The translations under genes and the position numbers were made by a program. The notes below the pieces were generated by a model. The model ran no database searches. It was not told the DNA's origin and saw only the letters and a program-made list of their open reading frames with translations. Positions 31,891 through 41,727 of a stretch of DNA of 64,000 bases are shown one piece after another. Source of the DNA: an uncultured Gemmatimonadales bacterium (GTDB taxonomy: Bacteria; Gemmatimonadota; Gemmatimonadetes; Gemmatimonadales; Gemmatimonadaceae); the NCBI GenBank assembly GCA_963850905.1, contig CAWKMU010000003.1, positions 3,136,001 to 3,200,000 of the forward strand, in the 5' to 3' direction. Position 1 is the first letter of the stretch, and each line of letters opens with the position of its first letter.

Positions 31891-32080
31891 CAGGGCGACT
31901 CCAACTCACGGTCTTTTTTGACGTCGGCAGCCAGCGCGCCGTGCCAATGGGTCGCCCTAATCTAGTTGGGACCGGCCCGGATCCTCAGGTCGACCCAGCG
32001 CCCACGAGCTCGACGGGTGCCGGCGTCGCCCTGAATGGCGACGCGCCAAACTCCTGGCCCCAGCGCGTTCCAAGCCTGGG

Positions 32081-33244
32081 TTACTCTGCGACCGCGGCGG
32101 CGGAGGCCAGCGCAGCGTCAGTGGTCTGCACGCCCGGTGGCGGCTCGGCGGGGAGCTCCAGCTCAAACATGCTGCCGCCGCCCATCCGCGGGCGGTAGCG
32201 GACAGTCCCACCCTGTGCGGCAGCGAGTTGGCGCGCGATCGCGAGCCCGAGCCCGGCCCCGCCAGCGTCAGGCGGCGTTCCAGCCGGGCGGTAGAATGCC
32301 TCGAAGATGCGTTCGCGTTCCGCAGCCGCGACTCCGCTGCCGAGATCGCCGACGCCCAGCACGAGCCACCGCTCCTCGCGACGCACCTCGATCGCAATCG
32401 GACTGCCAGGCGGCGAATACTTGGCGGCGTTGGCGAGCAGGTTCGAAAGCGCACGGAGCGAGTGCGTAAAATCGAAATAGCCAGTCAGCGCTGGCGTCTC
32501 CCAATCAATGTTGTGCTCGATGGGATGACCGCTCAGCACACCCTGAGCGTGGCGAATGGCCGCACCCACCAGATCCTCTGCTGTATTGAGCTCGGCGTTG
32601 ACTGGCAAGACGCCGCCACGAATGCGCGAGAGATCGAGGAGGTTGTCGACCAGGTGCATGAGGCGATCGGCCTGCTCGACGATCATGGCTGCCACTGGTC
32701 CGACCAATGCAGGGCCGTCGGGGCCCGACGGGTGCGCGAGCTCCTCGGCCAAAGCTTTCACCGTCGTGAGCGGCGTCCGAAAGTCGTGAGAGACGGACGC
32801 CAGCAAGCTGTCCTTGAACCGGGCAGATTCGCGCAACGCCGCGGCGTGCTCCACCTCGCGGGCCAGTCGGGCAACTTCCGCCGCCCGGGCGCGGGCTTCG
32901 GCCGCCCGCGCGCGCGCCCGCACCAGCAGCTGCGTTGTCACGACAGCCGTCAAGAGAAACGCAATCAGCACCAGCCAGTCGAGTGGCTTGGCAACCGCAA
33001 TTTCGTTGTAGGGAAGCTGAAACCAGTAATCGATGGCCCCGAACGCGAGCGCCGCGAGGGTGAAGCCGAGCGGCCGGCCCCCGGTCACGCTGGCACCCAG
33101 CACAATCAGCAAGTACACCAGCACCACGTGTACCTGCTCGATCTGTGTTCTCGCGCGAATCATGAAGAACGTCGCGACCGAGAGAATGACGAGCCAGCTA
33201 ACCCACAGCGCGAGCCGTCCCCTCGATCGCGAGTCGCCGATCAC
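32081..33244 (-). CDS. KdpD-like sensor kinase (DUF4118 TM + HisKA + HATPase only)
   Basis: Four TM helices, SVSHDFRTPLT, NLLANAAKYS, GAGLGLAI. Confidence 0.85.
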   Translation of the reverse strand: MIGDSRSRGRLALWVSWLVILSVATFFMIRARTQIEQVHVVLVYLLIVLGASVTGGRPLGFTLAALAFGAIDYWFQLPYNEIAVAKPLDWLVLIAFLLTAVVTTQLLVRARARAAEARARAAEVARLAREVEHAAALRESARFKDSLLASVSHDFRTPLTTVKALAEELAHPSGPDGPALVGPVAAMIVEQADRLMHLVDNLLDLSRIRGGVLPVNAELNTAEDLVGAAIRHAQGVLSGHPIEHNIDWETPALTGYFDFTHSLRALSNLLANAAKYSPPGSPIAIEVRREERWLVLGVGDLGSGVAAAERERIFEAFYRPAGTPPDAGGAGLGLAIARQLAAAQGGTVRYRPRMGGGSMFELELPAEPPPGVQTTDAALASAAAVAE

Positions 33245-33948
33245 GGCTCACTTTCCCCCACGAGCCGGTATCCGACGCCCGACTCCGTGAGGATCAGCTC
33301 CGGCGACGCAGGATTGCTCTCGATCTTTCGGCGCAGGTTGGTGATGTGGACGCGGAGATACAGACGGGCGTCCCCATAGCTCCGCTTCCACACGGCGTCG
33401 AAGAGTTGCTGGTGCGTGAGGGTGCGCCCGCGATTCGCGAGGAAGGTGCGGAGCAGATCCCACTCGATGGGCGTGAGGCGCACGACCGTACCATTGCGCA
33501 TGACCGTTCGAGCCGACAGATCGACATGCAGGGTCCCCAGCACGACGAGGCGCTCCGAGGCCGGCGTGAGCTCGCTTTGGGCACGACGCAGTTGTGCGCG
33601 CACCCTCGCCGCCAGCTCCGCCATGCCGAACGGCTTCGTCACATAGTCGTCGGCCCCCGCATTCAGCAACGCGACCTTCTCCGCCTCCGCCTCCCGCGCC
33701 GACAGCACGAGCACCGGCGCTCGCGACCAGCGTCGGATCTCCTGGCACACGGCGAGCCCTGTCATGTCTGGGAGGCCCAGGTCCAGGATGATCGCGTCAG
33801 GTCGCGCGGCCGCAGCGACGTCCACGCCGATCGCACCGGTCGCGGCTTCCAGTGTTTCCGCCGGCAGTGCGGCGAGCGCGTGTCGGACCGCGCGTCGGAT
33901 TTGCGGCTCGTCGTCGATAACGAGCACAGTCACAGGAGAACTTGTCAC
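33241..33948 (-). CDS. KdpE-like OmpR-family response regulator
   Basis: DDEPQIRR, LDLGLPD, GADDYVTKPF, LRVHITNLRRKIE, GVGYR. Confidence 0.9.
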   Translation of the reverse strand: MTSSPVTVLVIDDEPQIRRAVRHALAALPAETLEAATGAIGVDVAAAARPDAIILDLGLPDMTGLAVCQEIRRWSRAPVLVLSAREAEAEKVALLNAGADDYVTKPFGMAELAARVRAQLRRAQSELTPASERLVVLGTLHVDLSARTVMRNGTVVRLTPIEWDLLRTFLANRGRTLTHQQLFDAVWKRSYGDARLYLRVHITNLRRKIESNPASPELILTESGVGYRLVGESEP

Positions 33949-34094
33949 CGGTATGCGAGGCTCGAGGGAGCATTCACCATCCCGCTCTGACAGTGGCGAG
34001 GACCGCGCTCCACCGCACCGTCCTTTGTGAAATCTTAGCGACGTGTTGGTGCTTCTTAACTGCTGCTTAGCCGCGGATTGCCGATCGTTCTTGT

Positions 34095-35324
34095 GTGCTC
34101 AGCAAACGTGCGGTGTGGCTCACCCGGTTGGCCGTTGCGACGGCCGTTGGTCTCGTGCTCGTTGGCAACGTAGCCGTGCTCGCAAGACATACCAGCCGAC
34201 ACGCGCCCACGGTCAATACCGCAGCCGCCTCCCTGGAAGCCCAACCCCAATCCGAGGTATCGTCGGCGCCCACCGTGGAGCTGGCGTCCACCCAACTGGC
34301 GACGTTCAAGGTCGAGCCGGTAGGAACCTACCTCTTCCCGGTCGACAAGCACGCGGTGGGTAGCATCGACTTCGATGAGGACCTCGCGGTACAGGTCTTC
34401 CCGCCCTACCAGGGTAAGATCATCAATGCATTCGCCCAAGTTGGCAACCGTGTGGAGCGGGGCCAGCCCCTGTATACCATCGACAGCCCCGACCTCATCC
34501 AGGCGGAATCCAACCTGATCGGCTCCGCGGCAACCCTCATGACCGCGAGCAAGGAGTTGGCCCGGGCCAGAGACCTCTACGGGCACGACAGCGGCGGCGT
34601 CTCGGAGCGCGAGTACGACCAGGCCGTCTCGGAAGACCAGACAGCCGAGGGAAATCTCAAAGCCGCGCGGAGCGCGGTACGGGTCTTCGGGCAGTCCGAC
34701 GCGGACATCGACCGCATCATCGCGACTCGAAAAATCGATCCGGCGCTCATCGTGAAGAGCCCGTTGAACGGGCAGGTGACCGCCCGCAACGCGCAGCCCG
34801 GCCTGTTGGTCGAGCCGGGCGCCGCACCACCGCCCTTCGCCGTTGCCCCAGTCACGACCAAGTGGATGGTGGCCAACGTCCTCGAGAGCGACAGCCCAAT
34901 GTATCACGCCGGCCAACCGGTCGAAGTGACGGTCATGGCCTTTCCCGGCCGCACCTTTCGGGGGACGATATCGACGATCTATCCCGCCGTCGATCCGAAT
35001 ACCCATCGCGTCACCATTCGCTCCGAGATCGCCGATCCGAGCAACGAGCTGCGATCGGGCATGCTCGCGGATTTCGTAATTCAGGTGCGCGCGCCAGTGC
35101 GCTCCCCGGCGGTCCCGACCACCACGGTCGTCCGCGAAGGCGATGGGACGATGACGGCATGGGTAACGACGGACCGACGTCGCATGACCCAGCGCGTGGT
35201 AGCGATCGGGCTCGAGCGAGATGGACGGTACCAGATCCTGAGCGGGCTGCAGCCGGGTGAGCTGGTCGTCACGCAAGGCGGCGTATTCCTCAGCAACATG
35301 CTGCAAACTCCTCCGACGGACTGA
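34095..35324 (+). CDS. RND efflux periplasmic adaptor (CzcB-like)
   Basis: TM anchor, biotinyl-lipoyl-like and hairpin segments, VDPNTHR, GLQPGELVV. Confidence 0.88.
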   Translation: MLSKRAVWLTRLAVATAVGLVLVGNVAVLARHTSRHAPTVNTAAASLEAQPQSEVSSAPTVELASTQLATFKVEPVGTYLFPVDKHAVGSIDFDEDLAVQVFPPYQGKIINAFAQVGNRVERGQPLYTIDSPDLIQAESNLIGSAATLMTASKELARARDLYGHDSGGVSEREYDQAVSEDQTAEGNLKAARSAVRVFGQSDADIDRIIATRKIDPALIVKSPLNGQVTARNAQPGLLVEPGAAPPPFAVAPVTTKWMVANVLESDSPMYHAGQPVEVTVMAFPGRTFRGTISTIYPAVDPNTHRVTIRSEIADPSNELRSGMLADFVIQVRAPVRSPAVPTTTVVREGDGTMTAWVTTDRRRMTQRVVAIGLERDGRYQILSGLQPGELVVTQGGVFLSNMLQTPPTD

Positions 35325-35340
35325 CAGACACAGTCCGCCG

Positions 35341-38300
35341 GTGTTCAAATCGGTCATTGCGTTCTGCCTGAGTCGCCGCCCGATCGTGTTGATCGGTCTG
35401 GCGATGTTCGCCGCCGCCGGGCTGATCGCCTTTCGCTCACTCAACATCGAGGCCTATCCAAACCCGTCGCCGGTCATCCTCGAGATCACGGCGCAGGCCC
35501 CCGGCCTCTCCGCCGAAGACATGGAGCGGTACTACACCCGGCCGATCGAGATCGGACTCTACACGACGCCAGGCATCAATGTGATTCGCTCGACGTCGTT
35601 CTACGGCCTCTCGTTTGTGCGCGTCGTGTTCAAGTACGGGGTTGACTACCACTATGCATACGCGCAAGCCGCGGTCGCGCTCCAACAGAACGTCAACTTG
35701 CCCGGCAATCTGGTGCCGACCATCCAGCAGAATAGCGGGACGGGCGAGATCCTCCGCTATCAGGTTGTCGGACCAAATCACTTCGGGGTGACGAATCTCC
35801 GCACGGTGCAAGACTGGATTGCTGTGCGACGCCTGCTGGCCATCCCCGGTATCGTCGCTGTCAATAGTTGGGGAGGTCCGACCAAGGAATTCGAGGTGCA
35901 GCTGGACCCCCGCAAGCTCGAGGCGTACCGCATCACCGTCCCGCAGGTGCTCACGGCGCTGAGCAACGCCAACATCAACGTGGGCGGCCGAGAGATCCGC
36001 ATCGGGCAGCAATCCGTGAACATCCGGGGCGTGGGCTTGATCGACGACGGAGGCGCCGACGACCTCACGAAAGGCTACAAGGTCGACGACATCGATAATG
36101 TCGTCCTGACGGAGTCGAACGGCGTCCCCATTCTGGTCCGCAATGTCGCCACGGTCATCGTCGGCAACAGGCCGCGACTCGGGATCCTGGGTCGCGACTC
36201 CGACGACGACGTGGTCGGATCCATCGTCGTCATGAATCGCGACGAGAAAACCGCAGACATGATCCCCAAGGTCAAGGCGGAGATCGACCGAATGAACAGG
36301 GACGGGTCTCTGCCCGCCGGTGTCAAGCTCGTGCCGTACTACGACCGGTCGTCCCTGATCGGCGTGACCACGCACACGGTGCTGCACAATCTGATCCTCG
36401 GGTGTCTGCTCGTCTTTCTGGTCCAGTGGGTCTTCCTGGGCGATCTGCGGAGCGCGATTCTCGTCGGCGTCAATATCCCGTTTGCCCTGTTGTTCGCCGT
36501 CATCCTGCTCGTGTGGCGCGGCGAGAGCGCGAACCTGCTCTCGGTTGGCGCGGTCGATTTCGGCATCATCGTCGACTCGGCCGTCATCCTCGTCGAGAAT
36601 GTCTTCAGAGTCTTCCAGAGCCCGCCGGCTGACATCCAGCGGCTGTTGCGCGGGCTGTCCCAAGGTGCGTTTGGATCCGATCCGACGACCGGCGACGCCT
36701 CGACCCGCACCGGACAATGGACGGATCGGCTCCGGCTGCTGCTCATCAGTGCAACGCAAGTGGACCGCGCGGTCTTTTTCTCGACGCTCATCACCGTCGC
36801 TGGGTTCGTCCCCCTGTTCACAATGCAAGGGGTTGAGGGACAGATCTTTGGGCCGATGGCGCGCACCTACGGGTACGCGCTGGCCGGCGCGCTGATCGCC
36901 ACCTTCACGGTCACGCCAGTGCTGGCGTCGTTCCTTCTCCCGGAGCGAGTGCAGGAAGCCGAAACCCTGGTCGTGCGCGCGCTGCACCGCGTATACACGC
37001 CAGCGCTCCGCTACGCGCTCGCCAACCGTCGCGTCGTCGTCCTCTCCGGCGTCGCCTTCGTCGCGATCGCCGCGCTGCTCTTGCCGCGGCTCGGCAGCGA
37101 GTTCCTGCCGCAGCTCGAGGAAGGGAACTACTGGATCCGAGCCTCCATGCCGACCACCCTCTCGCTCGAGGATGGCGAGGCCGCCACCCGGCGCATGCGG
37201 CTCATTTTGATGCGTCACCCGGAGATCGTCACTGTGGTGTCGCAACACGGCCGGCCAGATGACGGGAGCGACGCCGCTCCGTTCTCGAATGTCGAGCTGT
37301 TTGCGCCCCTCAAGCCCGCCGATGAATGGCCGCGGGGGGAGACCAAAGAGAAGCTCACCGCAGAGATCCAGTCGGAGCTGGAGCGGGAGCTGCCCGGCGT
37401 GAGCTTCAACTTCTCCCAGTACATCGAGGACAACATCGAGGAGGCGATGTCCGGGGTCAAAGGTGTCAATTCAGTCAAGATCGTCGGCCCGAACCTCCAG
37501 ACCCTGACCGAGCTCGCCACACGAATTCGCGATCAGCTCGCGCAGGTGCAGGGCATCACGGACCTCGGGATCTTCCCGGTGCTTGGCCAGCCAAACCTGA
37601 ACATCACGGTCGACCGCGCCAGCGCTGCGCGCTACGGTCTCAACGCCGGTGACGTCAACGCGCTGGTGCAGACGGCACTCGGTGGCACCGTCGCCACCAC
37701 GGTGCTCGAGGGTGAGCGACAGTTCGAGCTGGTCGTGCGATTCAGCCCGCAGTTCCGCGACGACGTCGACAAGATCCGCAACATCAAGGTGGGCGTGCAG
37801 ACAAACGGCGTCATCGCCTATATCCCGCTCAGCGACCTGGCAACGATCACGCTCGACAATGGCGCGTCGTGGATCTACCACGAAAGCACTGAGCGGTTCA
37901 TCCCGGTCAAGTTCAGCGTGCGAGGCCGCGATCTGGGCGGCGCCGTGGCGGAAGCCGAGCGGCGCATCGCGACGAAAGTGATCCTCCCGAGCGGGTATCG
38001 TCTCGTCTGGGCCGGCGAGTTTGGCGAGCTCCAAGCCGCCAAAGCGCGTCTGGCCGTGGTCGTGCCGATCAGCCTGCTGCTGATCTTCGGGCTTCTGTAC
38101 GCCCTGTTCAACTCGCTCCGCGACAGCCTGCTCGCCCTCGTCGGCATTCCATTCGCGGCGGCCGGCGGCATCCTCGCACTCTATGTATCCGGCCTCAATT
38201 TCAGTATTTCCGCCGGCATCGGTTTCATCTCGCTCTTTGGTGTGTCGGTGATGCACGGCGTGTTGGTGATCACGTATTACGAGGCGGAGCGGAAGCTCGG

Positions 38301-38556
38301 TGCCCCGCCAGCCGACGCCATGTTTCGCGCGGCGTCGACCCGCATGCGTCCACTTCTCATGACCGCGCTGTCCGCCTGCATCGGGCTTTTCCCCGCTGCG
38401 ATCTCGACGCAGATCGGCAGTCAGGTGCAGCGCCCGCTGGCGACGGTGATCGTGGGCGGGATGTTGCTCGGCCCACTCGTGCTGCTGCTCGTCGTCCCGG
38501 CGTTACAGATCGTTTTCCTCGGCAAAGACGCTGCACCCTCGCCGGCGGCCTCGTGA
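35341..38556 (+). CDS. CusA/CzcA family heavy-metal RND permease
   Basis: IEAYP, GAVDFGIIVD, GVEGQIFGPMA, RMRPLLMT, SQVQRPLATVIVGG. Confidence 0.92.
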   Translation: MFKSVIAFCLSRRPIVLIGLAMFAAAGLIAFRSLNIEAYPNPSPVILEITAQAPGLSAEDMERYYTRPIEIGLYTTPGINVIRSTSFYGLSFVRVVFKYGVDYHYAYAQAAVALQQNVNLPGNLVPTIQQNSGTGEILRYQVVGPNHFGVTNLRTVQDWIAVRRLLAIPGIVAVNSWGGPTKEFEVQLDPRKLEAYRITVPQVLTALSNANINVGGREIRIGQQSVNIRGVGLIDDGGADDLTKGYKVDDIDNVVLTESNGVPILVRNVATVIVGNRPRLGILGRDSDDDVVGSIVVMNRDEKTADMIPKVKAEIDRMNRDGSLPAGVKLVPYYDRSSLIGVTTHTVLHNLILGCLLVFLVQWVFLGDLRSAILVGVNIPFALLFAVILLVWRGESANLLSVGAVDFGIIVDSAVILVENVFRVFQSPPADIQRLLRGLSQGAFGSDPTTGDASTRTGQWTDRLRLLLISATQVDRAVFFSTLITVAGFVPLFTMQGVEGQIFGPMARTYGYALAGALIATFTVTPVLASFLLPERVQEAETLVVRALHRVYTPALRYALANRRVVVLSGVAFVAIAALLLPRLGSEFLPQLEEGNYWIRASMPTTLSLEDGEAATRRMRLILMRHPEIVTVVSQHGRPDDGSDAAPFSNVELFAPLKPADEWPRGETKEKLTAEIQSELERELPGVSFNFSQYIEDNIEEAMSGVKGVNSVKIVGPNLQTLTELATRIRDQLAQVQGITDLGIFPVLGQPNLNITVDRASAARYGLNAGDVNALVQTALGGTVATTVLEGERQFELVVRFSPQFRDDVDKIRNIKVGVQTNGVIAYIPLSDLATITLDNGASWIYHESTERFIPVKFSVRGRDLGGAVAEAERRIATKVILPSGYRLVWAGEFGELQAAKARLAVVVPISLLLIFGLLYALFNSLRDSLLALVGIPFAAAGGILALYVSGLNFSISAGIGFISLFGVSVMHGVLVITYYEAERKLGAPPADAMFRAASTRMRPLLMTALSACIGLFPAAISTQIGSQVQRPLATVIVGGMLLGPLVLLLVVPALQIVFLGKDAAPSPAAS

Positions 38557-40064
38557 TGCGTCCGCTGCGCCCGGACCCCCGCATGTCACGATCGCGTCAG
38601 GCAATCGGGACGCTGAGCGCCGCGATGCTCACGTTGCTCGCTGGCTGTGCGGTGGGCCCGAACTACCACCGGCCTGCGCTCACGCCGGCCGCAGGGTATA
38701 CGCCGCAGCCGCTCAGCAGTACCACCGGCGATACATCGGCAGCCGCCCGCGTCCAGCGGTTCGGGTACGGCGTCGACATTGCCGGCGAGTGGTGGAAGGT
38801 GTTCCACTCGCAGGCGCTCAATGCGCTCGTCGAACGCGCACTCGCCGCCAACCCCAGCATCAAAGCGGCACAGGCGGCCCTCACGATGGCCCGCGAAAAC
38901 ATGTTGGCGAAGCGCGGCGCGTACTTCCCAAGCGTGGATGCCGGCGTCGGCGCCAGCCGGCAGAAGACCGCGGCCACACTGTCGCCCTCCACCAGTTCGG
39001 GCGCGCTGTATTTCAGCTTGTACACACCGCAGGTCACCGTGTCGTACGTGCCCGATGTGTTCGGCTTAAACCGACGCACGGTCGAATCGCTGGCAGCCCA
39101 GGAGCAGGCGGCTCGCTTTCAACTGATCGCCACCCACATCACCCTTAGCTCCAACGTCGTCGCCGCGGCAATCCAGGAAGCGTCTCTGCGCGCACAGGTA
39201 GATGCCACACATCAGTTGGTGAGCGCCAGCACGCACATGGTGGAGATCCTGCGCGCACAGTTCGTGAGGGGCTACGCCAGCCGGCTCGACCTTGCAGCAC
39301 AGGAGTCACAGCTCGCGCAAGAGGCGGCCACGCTCCCTCCGCTCCTCAAGCAATTGGCGCAACAGCGAGATCTCCTGATCGCCCTCGCGGGCGGGTACCC
39401 GAGCCAAGCGCTTCCCGACACGTTTGCTCTGTCGAGCTTCGAGTTGCCGGAAGACCTCCCGGTGTCGCTGCCGTCGCAGCTCGTCGAGCAACGCCCCGAT
39501 GTCCGTCAGGCCGAGGCCAACCTGCACGCCGCCAGCGCCCAGGTCGGAATCGCCGTCGCAAACCGGCTTCCCAACATCACCTTGGCCGCAACGGCTGGTT
39601 CCTCCGCGTTGACTCCCGGCACGATCTTCTCAGCGGCGACGGGATTCTGGTCGCTGGCGGCAGGCTTGACGCAGCCGATCTTCCAGGGTGGAACGCTGCT
39701 GCACCAACAGCGCGCCGCGGAGGCAGCCTACAACGAGGCGGCGGCGCAGTACCAGAGCGCGGTCATTACGGCGTTCCAGAACGTCGCGGATGTGTTGAAC
39801 GCGCTCGTCCAGGACGGAGACGCGGTCAAAGCCGCTACGGCCGCGGCCAATGCGGCCAAGGTGACGCTCGACCTGGCCCAGGAACAGGTCCGCGTTGGCT
39901 ACTCGAGCACGTTGGCCCTGCTCAACGCCGAGCAGGCGTATCAGCAAGCGACCATCACGCTGGCGCAGGCGCGCGCGAATCGCCTCGGCGACACGGCGGC
40001 GTTGTTTCAAGCCTTGGGCGGCGGCTGGTCCCATCGCGCCGACCTGCCGCTCGATCAGCCCTGA
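38556..40064 (+). CDS. RND outer-membrane lipoprotein (NodT/TolC family)
   Basis: LLAGCAVGPNY lipobox, QRPDVRQAE, LFQALGGGW; TGATG coupling to the permease. Confidence 0.9.
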   Translation: MRPLRPDPRMSRSRQAIGTLSAAMLTLLAGCAVGPNYHRPALTPAAGYTPQPLSSTTGDTSAAARVQRFGYGVDIAGEWWKVFHSQALNALVERALAANPSIKAAQAALTMARENMLAKRGAYFPSVDAGVGASRQKTAATLSPSTSSGALYFSLYTPQVTVSYVPDVFGLNRRTVESLAAQEQAARFQLIATHITLSSNVVAAAIQEASLRAQVDATHQLVSASTHMVEILRAQFVRGYASRLDLAAQESQLAQEAATLPPLLKQLAQQRDLLIALAGGYPSQALPDTFALSSFELPEDLPVSLPSQLVEQRPDVRQAEANLHAASAQVGIAVANRLPNITLAATAGSSALTPGTIFSAATGFWSLAAGLTQPIFQGGTLLHQQRAAEAAYNEAAAQYQSAVITAFQNVADVLNALVQDGDAVKAATAAANAAKVTLDLAQEQVRVGYSSTLALLNAEQAYQQATITLAQARANRLGDTAALFQALGGGWSHRADLPLDQP

Positions 40065-40185
40065 TCCCGCGCGATCGTAGGATGTGCCTCGCTGGCGCGT
40101 ATTCTCTAGCGTTCAGCGTCTACGTCCAGCGTCGAGTGTTTTGCGTCCACTCTCCTTTCTCACTGGCGCTCCGTAACTTTCGTCC

Positions 40186-40932
40186 ATGCGAACGCTCGTT
40201 CTGCTCCGGCACGGCCAGAGCACGTGGAATGAAGAGAACCGGTTTACGGGCTGGACCGACGTCGATCTGTCCGACCGCGGACTCGTCGAGGCCGGGCAGG
40301 CCGGCGATCTGTTGCGGGACGCGGGGTATACCTTTGATATCGCGTTCACATCCGTCTTGAAGCGGGCGATCCGGACGTTGTGGATTGCCCTCGATCGGAT
40401 GGATCTCATGTGGATCCCGACGACGAAGCACTGGCGCCTCAACGAACGGCACTACGGCGACCTGCAGGGCCTCAACAAGGCGGAAATGGCCGCGCGTTAC
40501 GGAGAAGCCCAGGTGCTCCAGTGGCGTCGCAGTTACGACATTCGGCCGCCCGCGATGAAGCCGACCGACGAACGCGTTCCCGCCCGCGATCCGCGCTATC
40601 GCGATCTCCGTCCTGAGGAGCTCCCGTTGACGGAGTGCTTGGCCGACACGGTCGCACGCGTGGTCCCATATTGGCGTGAGGTCATCGGCCCGGCCGTCAA
40701 GCGCGGGGAACGGGTGATCGTCGCTGCGCACGGCAATTCACTGCGCGCCCTCGTCAAGCATCTCGATGGCATCGGCGACCAGGAGATCGTCGCGCTCAAC
40801 ATTCCAACGGGTATCCCGCTCGTCTACGAGTTGACCGACGACTTGCGCCCAATTCGGCACCAATACCTTGGCGATCCCGAAGCGGTTGCCGCTGCGACCG
40901 CCGCAGTGGCCTCGCAAGGTAAAGCCCGATAG
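40186..40932 (+). CDS. gpmA: 2,3-bisphosphoglycerate-dependent phosphoglycerate mutase
   Basis: [33 protein letters not shown]. Confidence 0.96.
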   Translation: MRTLVLLRHGQSTWNEENRFTGWTDVDLSDRGLVEAGQAGDLLRDAGYTFDIAFTSVLKRAIRTLWIALDRMDLMWIPTTKHWRLNERHYGDLQGLNKAEMAARYGEAQVLQWRRSYDIRPPAMKPTDERVPARDPRYRDLRPEELPLTECLADTVARVVPYWREVIGPAVKRGERVIVAAHGNSLRALVKHLDGIGDQEIVALNIPTGIPLVYELTDDLRPIRHQYLGDPEAVAAATAAVASQGKAR

Positions 40933-40957
40933 GACGCAGCGTGCCCGCCGTGGACCG

Positions 40958-40982
40958 GTAGGGGCGACGCATCGCGTCGCCC
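40958..40982 (+). repeat. GTAG-type REP palindrome
   Basis: GTAGGGGCGACGCATCGCGTCGCCC. Confidence 0.85.
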
Positions 40983-41109
40983 GCCAAGGCGGTGGCGACC
41001 GCGGAAACGCGGATACCGCGTCGGAGCGACACCTGCGTCCCGTGGCCCTGCTGGGTGGACCGATCTACATTTCCTCGGTCACGCCCGACCGCGCGGTGGT
41101 CGAGGAGAT

Positions 41110-41183
41110 GCGCCAGTAGCTCAGCTGGATAGAGCAACAGCCTTCGGAGCTGTGGGTCGGGGGTTCGAATCCCTCCTGGCGCG
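41110..41183 (+). tRNA. tRNA-Arg (anticodon TCG)
   Basis: GCGCCAG/CTGGCGC acceptor, ACAGC-CTTCGGA-GCTGT anticodon arm, GTTCGAATC T arm, A20; no encoded CCA. Confidence 0.92.
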
Positions 41184-41342
41184 CTGGTGGCTTCACCGCA
41201 CCAAGAGCGGAGCGGCCCAGCCAAAGAACAAGGAGAGGAGCGGCGCCGCCGTGGCGCCGTTCGTCTTTTTCCCCCGCAGCGAGCGCGCGTCTTGCTACGT
41301 ATCGCGCTTCGATGAGGTGAGGCCAGACATTCGGCAAGAGAG

Positions 41343-41642
41343 TTGATCACCCGGCGAGACTCGACACCCCCTGCCTCTGTATTCGTGCGGACACTGATTC
41401 ACGAGCACAGGACCCGAGTGCACGATCGACAAGGCACCCCGTACGTCGGCCGCACCTACGCGGAAGAGCGCGCCGACGGCACCTGGTATGCGTGGCTCGA
41501 GTTCGACCCCCTCGTGCCACACCGGCTCCGGATGCACACGGAGCAAGAGACGTCCCAACCGAGTCGTGCCGCCGTCGAGTACTGGGCAACTGGGTTGGAG
41601 CCGGTGTACCTCGAGGGCGCACTCGCACGCAGCCACCCATAG
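41343..41642 (+). CDS. Hypothetical protein
   Basis: Protein-like ORF (ERADGTWYAWLEF..YWATGLEPVYLEGALARS); start uncertain. Confidence 0.6.
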   Translation: MITRRDSTPPASVFVRTLIHEHRTRVHDRQGTPYVGRTYAEERADGTWYAWLEFDPLVPHRLRMHTEQETSQPSRAAVEYWATGLEPVYLEGALARSHP

Positions 41643-41727
41643 CTCCCGCTTGTGACGGCACCGCACCGGCGGGCAGTATTGTCAGCGCCATGCGGGTTGT
41701 GTCATCTCCTTCATCACGGTGCGAGTC

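Noticed and set aside
31940..31995. GCCAATGGGTC resembling part of the M-box (ykoK) riboswitch
   Set aside because: Wrong strand for the NiCoT gene, and the other conserved M-box segments are absent
14469..38256. Long antisense ORFs (e.g. 14469..15512, 34056..35447, 35437..37248)
   Set aside because: Typical high-GC shadow frames opposite well-supported genes
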